From: Octopus vulgaris
Taxonomy: Eukaryota
Length of the DNA: 64,000 nucleotides
Assembly: GCA_951406725.2 (NCBI GenBank)
Contig: OX597837.1
Coordinates: 42,346,001-42,410,000 of the forward strand
Direction of reading: 5' to 3'
The translations under genes and the position numbers were made by a program. Under the pieces are notes generated by a model. The model searched no databases. It was not told the origin of the DNA and saw only the letters and a program-made list of their open reading frames with translations. Of this stretch, positions 24,088-37,409 are shown piece after piece (within the stretch, counting starts at the first letter, position 1; each line of letters begins with the position of its first letter).

Positions 24088-25416
24088 TTAAGATACAACA
24101 GCCTCATAAAAACAGGGTCATTTCAAAAACCTGTTCTCTGCTTAACTAGGACTACCCAAATAGAACAACATTCCATCACTACCACCAACACCTCCACCAT
24201 CGACAACTCCAACAACAACACTGCCAAAAACACCAACTAGACCACCACCACCACCACTAATGCCACCACCACCAACAACAACTGTTGTTAAGTCTGCATG
24301 TTCTTATTTTTAATTTTTTAATTTTCTCCCTGTTTCAGACACACTTTAATTTATTTTCTTGAGAAAGAATGTGTGTCAACAGTTGTCACAAGACACGACA
24401 AGACGTCCTGCATTTTTGTAAAAACAAAACACAGCAAAAAGCAACACATGAATGAGAATATCTCCTCGAAAAAAATAAAAATTTAAAAAATCAACAGCAT
24501 TTTTGTAAATATTTCAGAGATATTGAAGAGAGATATAAGGCAAACATCTTCTTTGCTCTGCCTTAATCTTGCACACACACACAGGAAGCACAGTCTGTGA
24601 CACAGACACACTGATCTCATGAAGAGAGAGCTGAATATTACATTTTGTTTTCTCTGAAATTATAATTACTTTTGAGTCATTAGCAGCTGCTGACTCTTCA
24701 TCAAAAACCAGAGATGCAGTGCTTGTTATCTCGTTTTGTCTTTTGTTTTGTCTTTCGGCAACAAATGTCCTTCACCAGATATTAAAAACAAATTTTTTTT
24801 TTTGTTTTTGTTTTGGTTTTTATATTTTGTACGTGGAGGTTTGTTGGAAAAAGTGACCCAGAAGAATGAGGTGAAAGCACTGTTGTTGTAATATACCCAG
24901 TGCCTGATGGCTGAATATTTTTTTTCTCCCCTTTTTCCCCCCACATTACAAAAAGTAAACACAGCCAAGACTTAAAGTATTGGAGAAATAGAATGCTTCA
25001 CAGAATTTACAAGATGATTAGAACGTGTGTGTGTGCGTGTGTGTGTGTGTAAGAGGTTTAAACTTGCCTGGCAGACAAATCGCAAGACAGAAAAACGGTA
25101 GATTGTTAATGCTACAAGAAAGAGAAAACAAATGACAACAGTGACCATAAGGAGGAAGAGAATTTCATCTTTTGCATTTTTTTATTATTTTTTTAGGCCC
25201 AGAGCATTAAGGTGTAAAGGGTTAAACAATACAAAAACAATCATAAAAAGAAAAATATTTTTACTGGTGTTGATTGATCTAACACTCTTCAGTTAAAAAA
25301 AGAAAAGAAAAAAAAAAGATGTCTGAACAGTAAGGGAAGGTTTTGGTGTTCAAAACTCAAGCATAGTTCTGCAGAGCCCAAAATCCTGCTGTTTCCCTAG
25401 AAAAGACCTTCTTCGA

Positions 25417-25668
25417 TATTTCGTTTTTAGATTTGGTTTGAAAGATTCTTTATAAGAGTTCGTGTGTTGAAGCATATTCTGTTGTGTCTGGGGAGAGTCA
25501 TTTTCTTTTTGTACCTTATACTATAACACACTCACCAGTAAAATTTCCACTTATTTTTATTTTCCTAAAATTTTTGTTGTGTCTTGCAATTTTTTCAATA
25601 GTCTTGACTACTGAAAAGGTTGCAAGATGCAACGAAAATTTTAGGAAAGTAAAAATAAGAAATAAGTG
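25417..25668. mobile_element. Family G fold-back repeat
   Basis: Homologous to 843-1100; imperfect palindrome 25550-25659. Confidence 0.65.
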
Positions 25669-26239
25669 ACAGCCTATAATAGACACCAAAGCAGTCTTCA
25701 ATGGGGATATAGTAATTTAGTACCCTTAAACAGAACAAAGACTAAGTAACTAAATATATTTAAGAAACATCTCAGTACCTGACTCCATCCAGTCTTGAAT
25801 AAAATACAAAGTAACAAAACAAAAAAAAACTGGGACTTCATCGGTTATGATGACGAAAGTTCCATTTGATCTGATCAACAGAACAACCCACTCATGAAAT
25901 TAACAATCAAGTGGCTGAGTACTCCACAGACATGTACACTCTGACACAGAATGTGAAACAGTTGGTCCTTTTGAATTACAGGTACATCTCAATTATACCA
26001 GCTATAGTAGAAGACCCTTGCCCAAGGTGCCATGCAGTGGGACTGAACCTGGAACCATATGGTTGGGAAAGAAGCTTCTTACCACACAACCACACCATTT
26101 TCCCCCCATTTAATTTTAACAAGTTACAAGGTTTACAATACAACTAATGTGTTAACATGCAATCAGCTGTATGTTACCCCCAGTAGAGTTGGAGGGTGGC
26201 CATCAAGCATTTTCTTTAGTTCCAAGTCAATTTACTATA

Positions 26240-26533
26240 ACCAATCGAAATCGATCAAAATCAATGGAAATTGTAGCTGTGATACCAGTGCCAGTGGCAC
26301 GTAAGAGAACCACCCAAACGTGGCCATTGCCAGCGCCGCCCCGACTGGCCTCCGTGCCAGTGGCACGTAAAAAGCACCCACTACACTCATGGAGTGGTTG
26401 GCGTTAGGAAGGGCATCCAGCTGTACAAACACTGCCAGATCAGACTGGGCCTGGTGCAGCCTCCTGGCTTCCCAGACCCCAGTTGAACCGGCCAACCCAT
26501 GCTAGCATGGAAAGCGGACGTTAAACGATGATG

Positions 26534-26562
<29 letters not shown>
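26240..26562 (+). mobile_element. Family C retroelement
   Basis: GGCGTTAGGAAGGGCATCCAGCTGTA...GGACGTTAAAC(GAT)n. Confidence 0.88.
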
Positions 26563-26564
<2 letters not shown>

Positions 26565-27420
26565 AGAAGCTCTCACTGGCATCTGAATTATAAAATGTAA
26601 AATTCACTAAAATTATTGTATACCCAGGAGACTGATTGTCAAAAATTCCTGTGCTTAGTTTATTGTACATAATGTTGTATATTGAAATAAAAATAGTTAA
26701 AAATTAATATGTGTTTTGATCTATGAAAATGTTTCTTTTATTTCAATATTGTTTTAGCTTCTGTTACTTAATTCCATCTTCAATATATATACACCTATAT
26801 CTCAATGAAGCAGAGTATTACTTATTCCATGCATAAAACAATCAATCATACACCAGTATTCATAATTTAAACACATTTCCAAGAAGAAAATAACTCTGTG
26901 TGAGTGTTATTAGACAGCAGAAACATGAATGACAAATAGAATGTACAAAATCAGCTTCTTTTTTTTTACAATCTTTTAAATTTTTTGTGTGTGTGTAATA
27001 GGTGCAGGCATGGCTATGTGGTTAGAAGCTTGGTTTGCAACGGTTGTTTTGGGCAACTGTCTTCCTTTTACTATAACCCAAGGCTGCCCAATGACTTGTG
27101 GATGGGATTTAGTAGATAGAAACTGTGTGGAAGCACATTTTGTGTAAAAATATACAGAAGTGTGTGTGTGTGTTTGTCCTACTATCACTTGTTCCTTTGT
27201 TTACATCCCCATAAAGTAGCAGTTCAGCAAAGGAGACCAACAGAAGTACCAGACTTAAAAAATAAGTACTGGGGTAGATATCATCATCATCATCATCATC
27301 ATTTAACATTTGTTTTCCATGCTGGCAGGGGTTGGATGATTTGACAGGGGCTGGCTAGGCAGTAGACAGTAACTAACTTCCCCGTCTGTTTTGGCATGGT
27401 TTTTACAGCTGGATGCCCTT

Positions 27421-27608
27421 CCAAACACCAACCACTTTGCAGTGTGGCCCAAAACCCTCAACCACTTTACAGTGTGGCCCAAAACCCTCAACCACTTTAC
27501 AGTGTGGCCCAAAACCCTCAACCACTTTATAGTGTGGCCCAAAACCCTCAACCACTTTACAGTGTGGCCCAAAACCCTCAACCACTTTACAGTGTGGCCC
27601 AAAACCCT
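27421..27608. repeat. 30-bp minisatellite, about 6.3 copies
   Basis: AAAACCCTCAACCACTTTACAGTGTGGCCC in tandem. Confidence 0.97.
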
Positions 27609-29206
27609 TCGAGGTAGCATTGCAGCACAACATTCGTCCCATGACTGACACGAGTAAAAGACAGAGATAAAAGATAAGTAAAACTCGGGGAACGGGAGCA
27701 CTTGTAAGATGCCATTCAGCGAACAGAGGCACTGAACTACGTAGAATTTTGAGAATCAGAGATCTGTTGAATATGAAACTACGCCATAATGATAGACTGA
27801 TTGTTCTTTAGGTTAATGACATCAATTTCGGGTAAATTCGGTTTTGACAAATATTTACTTCTGTTACTGTCTAGCTAGCATGACAGCAATAGAAATCAGT
27901 AATATATCAAGACATTTCAGAATGATGCCGCCGGCAATAAGACACTATAAGATACAGGAATATATTTACATCTCTTTAATATCAGGTTTCCTTTTGATAA
28001 CAAGTAAAATGAAAGTAAAAGAAGAAAGTGAAAAACGGGATTTATTCTATCAGACGATAATTAAAAAAAAAAAAAAAAAAAAAAAAAAGTGAAGATAGTT
28101 TTTTTAAATTACTGCAAATTTCTAAAACACTTGTTAGTAAAGATACAGAAAAAAAAACAATAGCCTAATGCTTATATATTGCTATTAGCAACAGACGAAA
28201 TTATTTCTAAATCTCTCAGAATTCCAACACCAAAACACTTTCAATTGTTATAGGTCCTCTCTTCTTTGCTTGCATTATTTATAAATTAACTCGTATTTCT
28301 GTTTATATAGAATCGTCATTACAATATCAATTAGTTTCTTTGGCTGTATAATCATCTTGAAATGTCTTGACCCCTTCTAGACATTTGTTTACCAAAACCC
28401 TCTTCAGTCCGATATTTAATATAATTGTATAAATTTTTAATAGGAAAGGATGCAGAGAAAAATGTGACATAAGTTTTGCATTATTTAATACATAACACAA
28501 GTAAACTCACAAAACCTCCGTCACAAACGCACATTATTATTGAAATAGACTTCATGTTACGTGAGAGAAAGCCACATTTCATAGCTTATGGTATTATGTT
28601 TCTTTTCTGAATTTAATTATGACAAGGGTGTCTGTTGTTCTGTTGTCTTTCGAAATCAATACAAGAGGAACCGGTAAATTGTAAAGGTTCAATTATAGCA
28701 ATTATATTTTCTTCCTAACGATAGGAAATTTTATATTTGCCATGCAGGCATAACTGTGTTGTTGGGAAACTTGCTTCCCAACTGTGTCATCTTGAATTCA
28801 GTCTCACAGTCTTCTACTTATAGCCCAGGGCTGACTAAAGCCTTAAGAGTGGATTAGGTAGAAGAAAGCGGAAAGAAGTTCACTGTCATCATCATCATCA
28901 TCTGTGTGTGTGTGTGTGTGTGTATGCATACATACATATGCATGCATGCATGTATACCCCTATGCTGACATCACATGATGGTTGCAAATGGGCAGCACTG
29001 TCATACAAGAGGTGTTGCTTGTTAACAGTTTTCCATGGGGAACATGTATGGCCATGGAAATTATTGCCTTGTTTGGAAACAGTTGAAGGGTGATGGATGG
29101 TAGGAAGGGCCCTTGACCGTAGAAGATCTACCTCTACAAAACCTATGAAGAATGTATGAAGCATGTTGTCTGCATAACCCATGCTAGCATGGAAAACGGA
29201 CGTTAA

Positions 29207-29428
29207 CTCTTTAGCATTTAAACCAGCCATATCCGGCCAAACGTATTCTGCCTGTTCTATGTTCAAATTGGTCAGATCTGGTCTCTTACACCAGCCCTAC
29301 AATGTCATTTTAAAAATTAACAGCTACCTCATCAAAATCTCATAGCTCCAAGATAATGCATGATTAGTTCAAAACAATTTGGATAAAAAAAGGATTAATT
29401 TTGGCAGAATAATGTGAACACTAAAGGA
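29207..29428 (-). mobile_element. MITE family E inserted in the TTAA of a family C tail
   Basis: GGAAAACGGACG-TTAA-[E reversed]-TTAA-ACAAAGATGATGAT. Confidence 0.85.
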
Positions 29429-29447
29429 TTAAACAAAGATGATGATG

Positions 29448-29478
<31 letters not shown>

Positions 29479-29523
29479 AACACATACACACATATATATA
29501 TAGGGAGAGAGAGAGAGACAGAG

Positions 29524-29569
<46 letters not shown>

Positions 29570-29639
29570 CCGGACAGAGAGACAGAAAGACAGATAGATA
29601 GACAGATTTGGGATGTTTGTTACTGTCTACTTGCCTTGG

Positions 29640-29877
29640 CCTCATGTGATAGTTGTGAACAAGTGTCACTGTCCAGGCAAGCAGTTTCCTTTGCTTCCAG
29701 TCTTTCATGAAAATACATCTTGGCAATGGGGAAATATTACTTTATCTGGGAACAGGTGAGGGTTGGTGACAGGAGAGGCATCAGGCCATACAAAACTTAC
29801 CTCAACAAAAATTCTGTCTGACCCATGCGAACATGGAAAAGTGGACGCTAAACTGATTACGTCGATGATGATGATGA
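29640..29877 (+). mobile_element. Family C variant
   Basis: Collinear with 28965-29206; ends ACCCATGCGAACATGGAAAAGTGGACG...(GAT)n. Confidence 0.7.
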
Positions 29878-30940
29878 ATCTAAAGGATTTCTGAAATGTA
29901 GGTCTTTTATAAGCTCAACATCTCGTAGTTAGTTATTCATGTTATTCAACAGCATAACACCTCGGCTGTCATTTGCCAAGTTTGCTTCAATAAATACTTA
30001 ACAATGGCACTAGAATTTCTACATGTGTTTATTGTTTCCTTAACTGCTTTGCTTTATTGATAAGCAGCGAAGCTCCTGCAAACAAATATGGGAGGCTGGT
30101 GCCCCAGCATGGCCGCATTCCAATGAGTGAAACCAGTACAACAATGAAAAGTGGAATAAATAAATATATTTACGATGGGAAGAATTCAATAGTGACAGGT
30201 GTTGAAGAATAGCCGAATCACAACTAAATGCTCTCAGAGAATTTTTCGGAATTTCAATTGTTGCAAGTTTAAGTAAGGGCAGGTTGGGGTGGGGGGGAGA
30301 GGGTGGTGGTGGTGGTGGTGGTGGAAGTGGGGGGGGGACACTTTCTTTTTTTTTTGTCTTCTGAAATGTGAAAACATTCTCATTTAAATAGACAAATATG
30401 AAATCAGTTTTAGATGATGTCCTGACACATTAGCTGAAATAATGACTGCCGTCTGTCAAATGTGGATATTTCTGAGTGTTTTGCTTTGAACAAAAAGAAA
30501 ATGCCCGTTAGTTTTATAGAAGGAGGGGAAAAAAAAGCCGAAAAAAAAACATAAAAACTTTTCCAATACATTTTACCAATTTTTTTTTTTTATCTTCTCA
30601 GCTGAACATTCTGTCTGTCATTCAGAGACATAAAACTAAAATAAAGAGAAACACACATAGACACACAGACGCAGAAAGAGGATAAATAAATAAATATGCA
30701 GCATTTATCATATGCAAAAGATATTCAGATTGGAGCAAAGGTTATTGAGAGAAAATAAGACAGACTGTTTATTGGTGGAGGCTGTGAATGAAATGTGAAC
30801 TTCAATTAGTAAAAATAGTGAACGGTTTTAATACACAATAACCACAGTCATTGCTGGGTCTCAGAGAATGTCTTTAGAAACAACGCTGACAATACACTTT
30901 GGTAATAGTCATAAATAAACAAATAAACAAACAAATAATG

Positions 30941-30970
<30 letters not shown>

Positions 30971-30971
<1 letters not shown>

Positions 30972-31479
30972 GGTGACTATGGAGAAAAAGGCATGTAGAA
31001 GTGATATCAGTTGTGGTTGGTGCTCTGGGAGCAATTAGTAAAAGGGTGGGTGCATGGCTTGAGAGGCTAGGAATTACCATCAGAATGGGGAAACGGCAGA
31101 AAACAGACTTGTTAGGAACAGCAAGGATTCTAAGGGTGTAAGAAAGATGGAGAAGGAGTGACTTAACCCTTTAGTGTTCAGATTATTCTATTAAACAAAA
31201 TACCTACTGATTCCTATTGATTTGAATTAATCATGCATTATCTCATATCTTCAAGATCTTGATGGTGTAATTACTTAATGTAGAATAACATTGTAGGGTA
31301 GGTGTGAGAACCTGGATCTGGTCAGTTTGAACATAAAACAGATTAGCTATTTTGGCCGGATATGGCCAGTTTAAATACTAAAGGGTTAAAGGACCTTTGG
31401 CCATTTGATATGGTTTGCCCTTTTGGTATGGTGTCAGTAAAACATCTTCCAGGGCAAAAGCATAAATGAAAGTGATAGT
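30971..31479 (+). pseudogene. 3-prime end of an R4/Dong-like (restriction-like endonuclease) non-LTR retrotransposon within (TAA)n
   Basis: 30977-31141 translates LWRKRHVEVISVVVGALGAISKRVGAWLERLGITIRMGKRQKTDLLGTARILRV*; the V-x-P-VVVGALG and QKxxLLGTARILR patterns are typical of R4-clade C-termini; (TAA)n on both sides. Confidence 0.85.
31167..31385 (+). mobile_element. MITE family E in the 3-prime UTR of the R4/Dong remnant
   Basis: TTAA-CCCTTTAGTGTT...AATACTAAAGGG-TTAA. Confidence 0.92.
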
Positions 31480-31798
31480 AATAATAATAACAATCCTTTC
31501 TAATAATAATAATAATAATATTTTTTTTTTAAACATCCACTAGTACAACACCAAAAAAAAAAACAACCAAATATATGGCACACTAGGCATAACAACAACA
31601 TGAACTTCCAACCTGTTGTCTCTTGAGGTCTCTGGGTGAGACTTGGAGCCGACTTGTACAAATATAAAGCAAAAGTCAAACATAGAATAATAATAATAAT
31701 AATCCTTTCTACTTTAGACACAAGGGTTGAAATTTCAAATCCTACTGAAGTCAATGTTACCTTTCACCCTTTTAGGGTCAATAATATAAAATATTAGA

Positions 31799-32420
31799 GG
31801 GGGCAAGTTGGCAGAATCATTAGCACGCTGTGTGAAATGTTTAGCGTTATTTCGTCTGCCGTTACGTTCTCAGTTCAAATTCCACTGAGGTCGACTTTGC
31901 CTTTCATCCTTTCGGGGTTGATTAAATAAATACCAGTTACGTCCTGGGGTCGATGTAATCGACTCAATCCCTTTGTCTGTCCTTGTTTGTCCCCCTCTAT
32001 GTTTAGCCCCCTGTGGGCAATAAAGAAATAAATATAAAATATCAGTCAACCACTGAGTTTGATGGTATCAACTAACCACACCCATGTCCCTCAAAATTGC
32101 TTAAATCAGAAACCAAATACTGCCGGCTTTGACTTTACCTGTTGACCTTTCTGGGTTGATAAAATAAGTACCAGTTGAGCACTGGGGTCAATGTAATCGA
32201 TTTCTCCTCCCCCAAAACTGCTGGCATTGTGCCAAAATTTGAAACCATTATTATTATCATCATCATTATTATCATTTCACCGATGTCGATTTTGCCTTTC
32301 AACCTTTCAGGATAGCTAAACTAAGTACCAGTTGTGTACTGGGGTCAATCTACTCGACTGGCCCCCTCCCACAAAATTTCCGACCTTGTGCATATAGTAG
32401 AAAGGATTATCACCACTATT
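31799..32420 (+). mobile_element. SINE family B (31799-32030) plus adjacent old B-variant fragments
   Basis: GGTCGACTTTGCCTTTCATCC domain repeated in degenerate form near 32130 and 32285. Confidence 0.8.
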
Positions 32421-33605
32421 ATTATTACACCAATTACACAGATGCTGCTACCACCACCAACGATGATGATGACAATGATCAGACTGCTTCTGTCAGCAAA
32501 TACAGAAATATATTTATCAATGGAATAATCTGAGTGTCTTGCAATATTACTTGGATTGGAATGGTGTCTTTCTTGGGGAAAAATTTTAGAATGAACAACA
32601 GCAATGCAATATATTTCCTTGTACGTGTCTTGCGGTTTAGTGATGGAGTGCAGAGTGGAAGAACAGAGGTTAGCATAATATCATACTTTACATTCAGATG
32701 AAGAAACAAAATAGAGAGGTCTGAATGAGTAATGAGTTTGGTATTGCCAATGTCTACAGCAAACAGAATTAGATAATCTTTGAGAAGAAGAACGGTTCAG
32801 TTGGTTGTTCGTTGTTCTTAAGTGACACAGCAAATCTTGTTAGACTAAATGTTATGTAGAGAATAACTAAGAGGAGAACTGGTACCGGTGTGGTGTGATG
32901 GTGAAAAGATATGGTAATTGAATTTGTGCTGAAGTCAACTTCTGTAAAGCAGGAGGTGACTTTTGCAGCTTAGAATGGCCTACTTTTATTGTGAACTGTG
33001 CTTTGAAGGTCTAAAGCAACTCTGATCTTAACCTATATGAGATATGTGGTTCCTGCAACGAGGGAAGGTCGATTGTACTGGAGAAGGAAAAAAAAGAGGC
33101 ACAGAAAGAAAAGTAGTATTGGTGGTGGTAGTAGTAGTAGTGGGAGGGGGAGGAGGGGGATAAAAGAATAAGAAAGGAAAGAAAAGAAGGCAAAGAAAAG
33201 AGGATGAAGGAGAAATTTTGAGAGATCAAGAGGGAAGGAAAAGAAGAGAGAAAGAAAGAATGAAAGAAAGGAAGAAAAAGAAAGGAAAAAGGAAAGGAAA
33301 GAAGGAAAGTAAGAAAGGAAAGCAAAAAGAAAAAAAAGAAGAGGAGAAAGAAAGCCTCTTCACAAACATGAAGATTAGGCAAAACAGATGCCAAGTTCTT
33401 CAGGGCAATAGTTTGTTTGCAAGATTTTGGTTTGTACCAATAACTTTGTGGCTAAACTTCAATGTGGCTCTTCAAAAACACAGAGTGACTTTTATATATA
33501 TACATATACATATATATATATATATATTACTTTTTTGTATAAACACTTCATGAACAATGGTAACAGTTGTTTACAGGTTCCACCAGACCAATATTTTACT
33601 ATACT

Positions 33606-33816
33606 CTCTTTTTACTCTTTTACTTGTTTCAGTCATTTGACTGCGGCCATGCTGGAGCACTGCCTTTAATCGAGCAACTTGACCGCGGGACTTATTCTTT
33701 TGTAAGCCCAGTACTTATTCTATTGGTCTCTTTTGCCGAACCGCAATGTAACGGGGACATAAACACACCAGCATCGGTTGTCAAGCAATGCTAGGGGGAC
33801 AAACACAGACACACAA

Positions 33817-33863
<47 letters not shown>

Positions 33864-34038
33864 CACATATATATGATGGGCTTCTTTCAGTTTCCGTCTA
33901 CCAAATCCACTCACAAGGCTTTGGTCGGCCCAAGGCTATAGTAGAAGACACTTGCCCAAGGTGCCACGCAGTGGGCCTGAACCTGGAACCATGTGGTTGG
34001 TAAACAAGCTACTTACCACACAGCCACTCCTGCACCTA
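33606..34038 (-). mobile_element. Full-length young SINE family A
   Basis: Complete head, core, microsatellite and tail; very close to 46545-46952. Confidence 0.93.
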
Positions 34039-34166
34039 TAATTCACTATAATTCACTATATTTTTACATATACTTTCCAACGTGCAACAAGCATTTCTGA
34101 GTGATTTCCCCCAATCATTCTTTAATCATGCCAATCGGTAATCTTTCATGAAAAATCTACAGATCT

Positions 34167-34520
34167 ACAGGCAAGGCTGAGTGATCAAGAAGCTCACTTT
34201 GCAATCATGAGGTTTCACATTCAGTCCTATGGCACAGCACATTGGGCAAGTGCTTTCCACTGTAGCCTCAGGTTGACTAATGCTTCCTGAGCAAAAATGG
34301 TAGATGGAAATAGCCTCTTGTACACGTGTGTGTGTGTGTGTTTTCCTCACCACCGTGTGACAACCAGTGTCAGTCAGTTTATGTCCCTGTAACTCAGCAG
34401 TTGAACAAGACTTAACAAAATAAGCATCATACTTATGAAGTATTGGGGTTGCTTTATTCAATAAAAACCTTTCATGTTGGTGCCCCCAAATGGCCCCAGT
34501 TGTATGACCAAAACAGGGAC
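34167..34520 (+). mobile_element. Old SINE family A
   Basis: Collinear degenerate head, TTGGGCAAGTG core and tail. Confidence 0.7.
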
Positions 34521-34892
34521 AAAAAAAAAAAAGATAGTAAAATGTCTATATCTATTCAGTTTAAGATCTAATTACACTTAAACTTTACTTTGCTGATGAG
34601 ATTTAATAAGACTGAAATATGTTTGGACTTGTCCACCATACTGCAATAGATCAGACTCATGTCCCTTCTAATTTTATTCCGTGCTTAATTACTTCAAATT
34701 GTGGATTTATTTCTGCTTCCTTTGTTAACCAGAATCAGTCATTAAGTTAATAAATTCTTTCTCATCTCTAACGACATAACTTTAATTAATTAAAATTTCC
34801 CCGGCTTAAAACACGGAAGTATGATAGCGTCCACTTTATTAATACGTCCTATATGTGCGCCAAAGGAAGACAAAGAAAGAAAACGTGAGCAT

Positions 34893-35114
34893 GCGTGTAT
34901 GTGTGTGTGTGTGTACGTGTGTGTGTGTGTGTGTGTGTACGTGTGTGTGTACGTGTGTGTGTGTGTGTGTGTACGTGTGTGTGTGTACGTGTGTGTGTGT
35001 ACGTGTGTGTGTGTACGTGTGTGTGTACGTGTGTGTGTGTGTGTGTGTACGTGTGTGTGTGTGTACGTGTGTATATGTGTGTGTGTGTGTGTACGTGTGT
35101 ATATGTGTGTGTGT
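34893..35114. repeat. (GT)n tract punctuated by GTAC
   Basis: Direct reading. Confidence 0.96.
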
Positions 35115-35464
35115 TTCCTGCTCAATTTGTCTTTCCTAATCAGGTTTTCCACCACCAACGCACACTCAGCTTCTGGCTACAGTGAGATGGGGGTTATGAC
35201 ATTGACAAATTATTGGTCTGAAGAAAAGTACAGAAGAAAGCGGATAAGTTAGATAAAAGTGCTCTCGCTCGTGATGATAGGCTCAAAACAATTAGTCCTA
35301 CATCATTAAGTTGGCATCAGAAACACTATGGGGGTCAAGGTCAAAAGCTTGCATTTCTCCCACACACACACACTTCCCTGCCCTCCCCCCCGCTGACACT
35401 GACACCCACATCGGGCCTCATCTTTGTGAAACAATGATTGTTTATGTGGAGCAAACACAGAGGT

Positions 35465-35528
35465 GAGAGAGAGAGAGAGAGAGAGAGATAGCAAGAAACA
35501 GAGAGAGAGAGAGAGAGAGAGAGATAGC

Positions 35529-35583
<55 letters not shown>

Positions 35584-35661
35584 CAAGAAACAAAGAGAGA
35601 GAGAGAGAGAGAGAGATAGCAAGAAACAGAAAGAGAGACAGACAGAGAGAGAGATAGCAAG

Positions 35662-35703
<42 letters not shown>

Positions 35704-35730
35704 CAAGAGAGAGATAGCAAGAGAGAGAGA
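35465..35730. repeat. (GA)n tract punctuated by TAGCAAGAAAC (higher-order repeat)
   Basis: TAGCAAG recurs about 7 times between GA runs. Confidence 0.95.
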
Positions 35731-36162
35731 GTGATGGATCAATACAGAAATATAAAGATGCTAAGAACGAGAGAGAGAGAGAGAGAGAAGGAAGGGAAAA
35801 AGAGGGGAGACAGAGTCTGAGTCCAGGGTGGGGGTGGTGGAGAAGAAGAAGAAGGAAAAGAAGAACAAGAAGAAGAAGAAGAACAATAAAAGATTGACTG
35901 AGATTAAGAAAGGCGAGATTTTGATGCAGAAATTTATAGAGCAAGCAAAAGAAAGAACAAAAAAGATAGAGAGTTAGTGGGACAATATGATAAAGCCGTA
36001 AAACCACATGAGAGAGAGAAATATAGATAATAAATAGTGACAGAGAGGGAGGAGAGGGGAGGGAAGGAAGGAGGGAAGGAGGGAGAGATTAGTAAATACG
36101 GCTAAGGAAAACCAAAAGAGAAACAAAATTATAAATGGAGAATTATTGAGAAAGACAGACGT

Positions 36163-36245
36163 ACATACAATCATAGACATAAAGACATATATACACACAT
36201 ATACATATGTATACATACATAGACATATATATATATACATACATA

Positions 36246-36299
<54 letters not shown>

Positions 36300-36751
36300 G
36301 ATGTGTACATACATAAATACATATACACATATACACATATACACACATACATAGACATATATATATACACATATAGATGTGTACATACATAAATACATAT
36401 ACACATATACACACATACATAGACATATATATATATACATATAGATGTGTACATACATAAATACATATATACATATACACACATACATATAAATATGTAT
36501 ATATATAAATACATATATACATATACACACATACATATAAATATGTATATATATAAATACATATATACAAATATAAACACATACATATAAATATGTATAT
36601 ATACATAAATATATATATACATATACACACATACATATAAATATGTATATATATAAATACACATATATATATACATATGTATATACACACACACACACAC
36701 ACACTATATATATATATATATATATATATAGATATATACACATACATACAT
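36163..36751. repeat. Complex (TA)/(CA) tract with internal higher-order units
   Basis: Direct reading. Confidence 0.95.
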
Positions 36752-36785
36752 GGGGAGAAAGGGAGAAAATGGAAAGATAGAAGGG

Positions 36786-36820
<35 letters not shown>

Positions 36821-37409
36821 AGAAAGGAAGCAGGTGAAGAGAGATGCAGAGAGGGAGGAAGAGGAAAAAAGACAACGAAAGACCACAACAACAACTTTCT
36901 TCACTCATACCAATGTAGCTAAAGAAGAAAGACCATTAATTAGCCTTAATTACTAATTTAAACATCCGTTTCACAATCATAAAACAGTAATAACCATTAA
37001 CCATTGTACCAAGATTTACTAACCAGCAGGTTTCACAGACAAATGAAAAAATAATGATAATGATGATGATGACGATGTAGTGATGGTAAAGGGGGGGGGG
37101 AGATTATTTATCTATTTATTTTTATGTAATAATAATAATAATAATAATAATTGTTTCCAACATAGGCATAAGGCCAGAAATCTGGAGGGAGGTGGGTGTT
37201 AGTTGATTTAATCAACTCTGGGGAGGTCGAAAGGCAAAACTGACCTCGGCGGAATTTAGAATCGAAATGTGTTTAAAGAAAATAACGAAAACGAAATTAA
37301 ACACCACAAGGTATTTTGTTTGTTACTTGACTGATTATGCTAATTTGACTGGGACCTCACATACAAATATATTTTACACAGACAGATTACATAACATTTT
37401 CTGGTATAC

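Noticed and set aside
27421-27608. 30-bp repeats as a CRISPR array
   Set aside because: Units are directly tandem with no unique spacers, in a eukaryotic context with no cas genes.
30003-30025. AATGGCACTAGAATT resembling miR-183/263
   Set aside because: No downstream complementary arm.
35144-35252. Plus-strand acceptor tttcctaatcag with a short frame
   Set aside because: Unrecognised peptide, no convincing donor or partner exon.
34790-36956. Long overlapping ORFs (up to 306 aa)
   Set aside because: All are dinucleotide-repeat translations; the same holds for ORFs at 40056-40979, 43609-44093 and 55808-56423.
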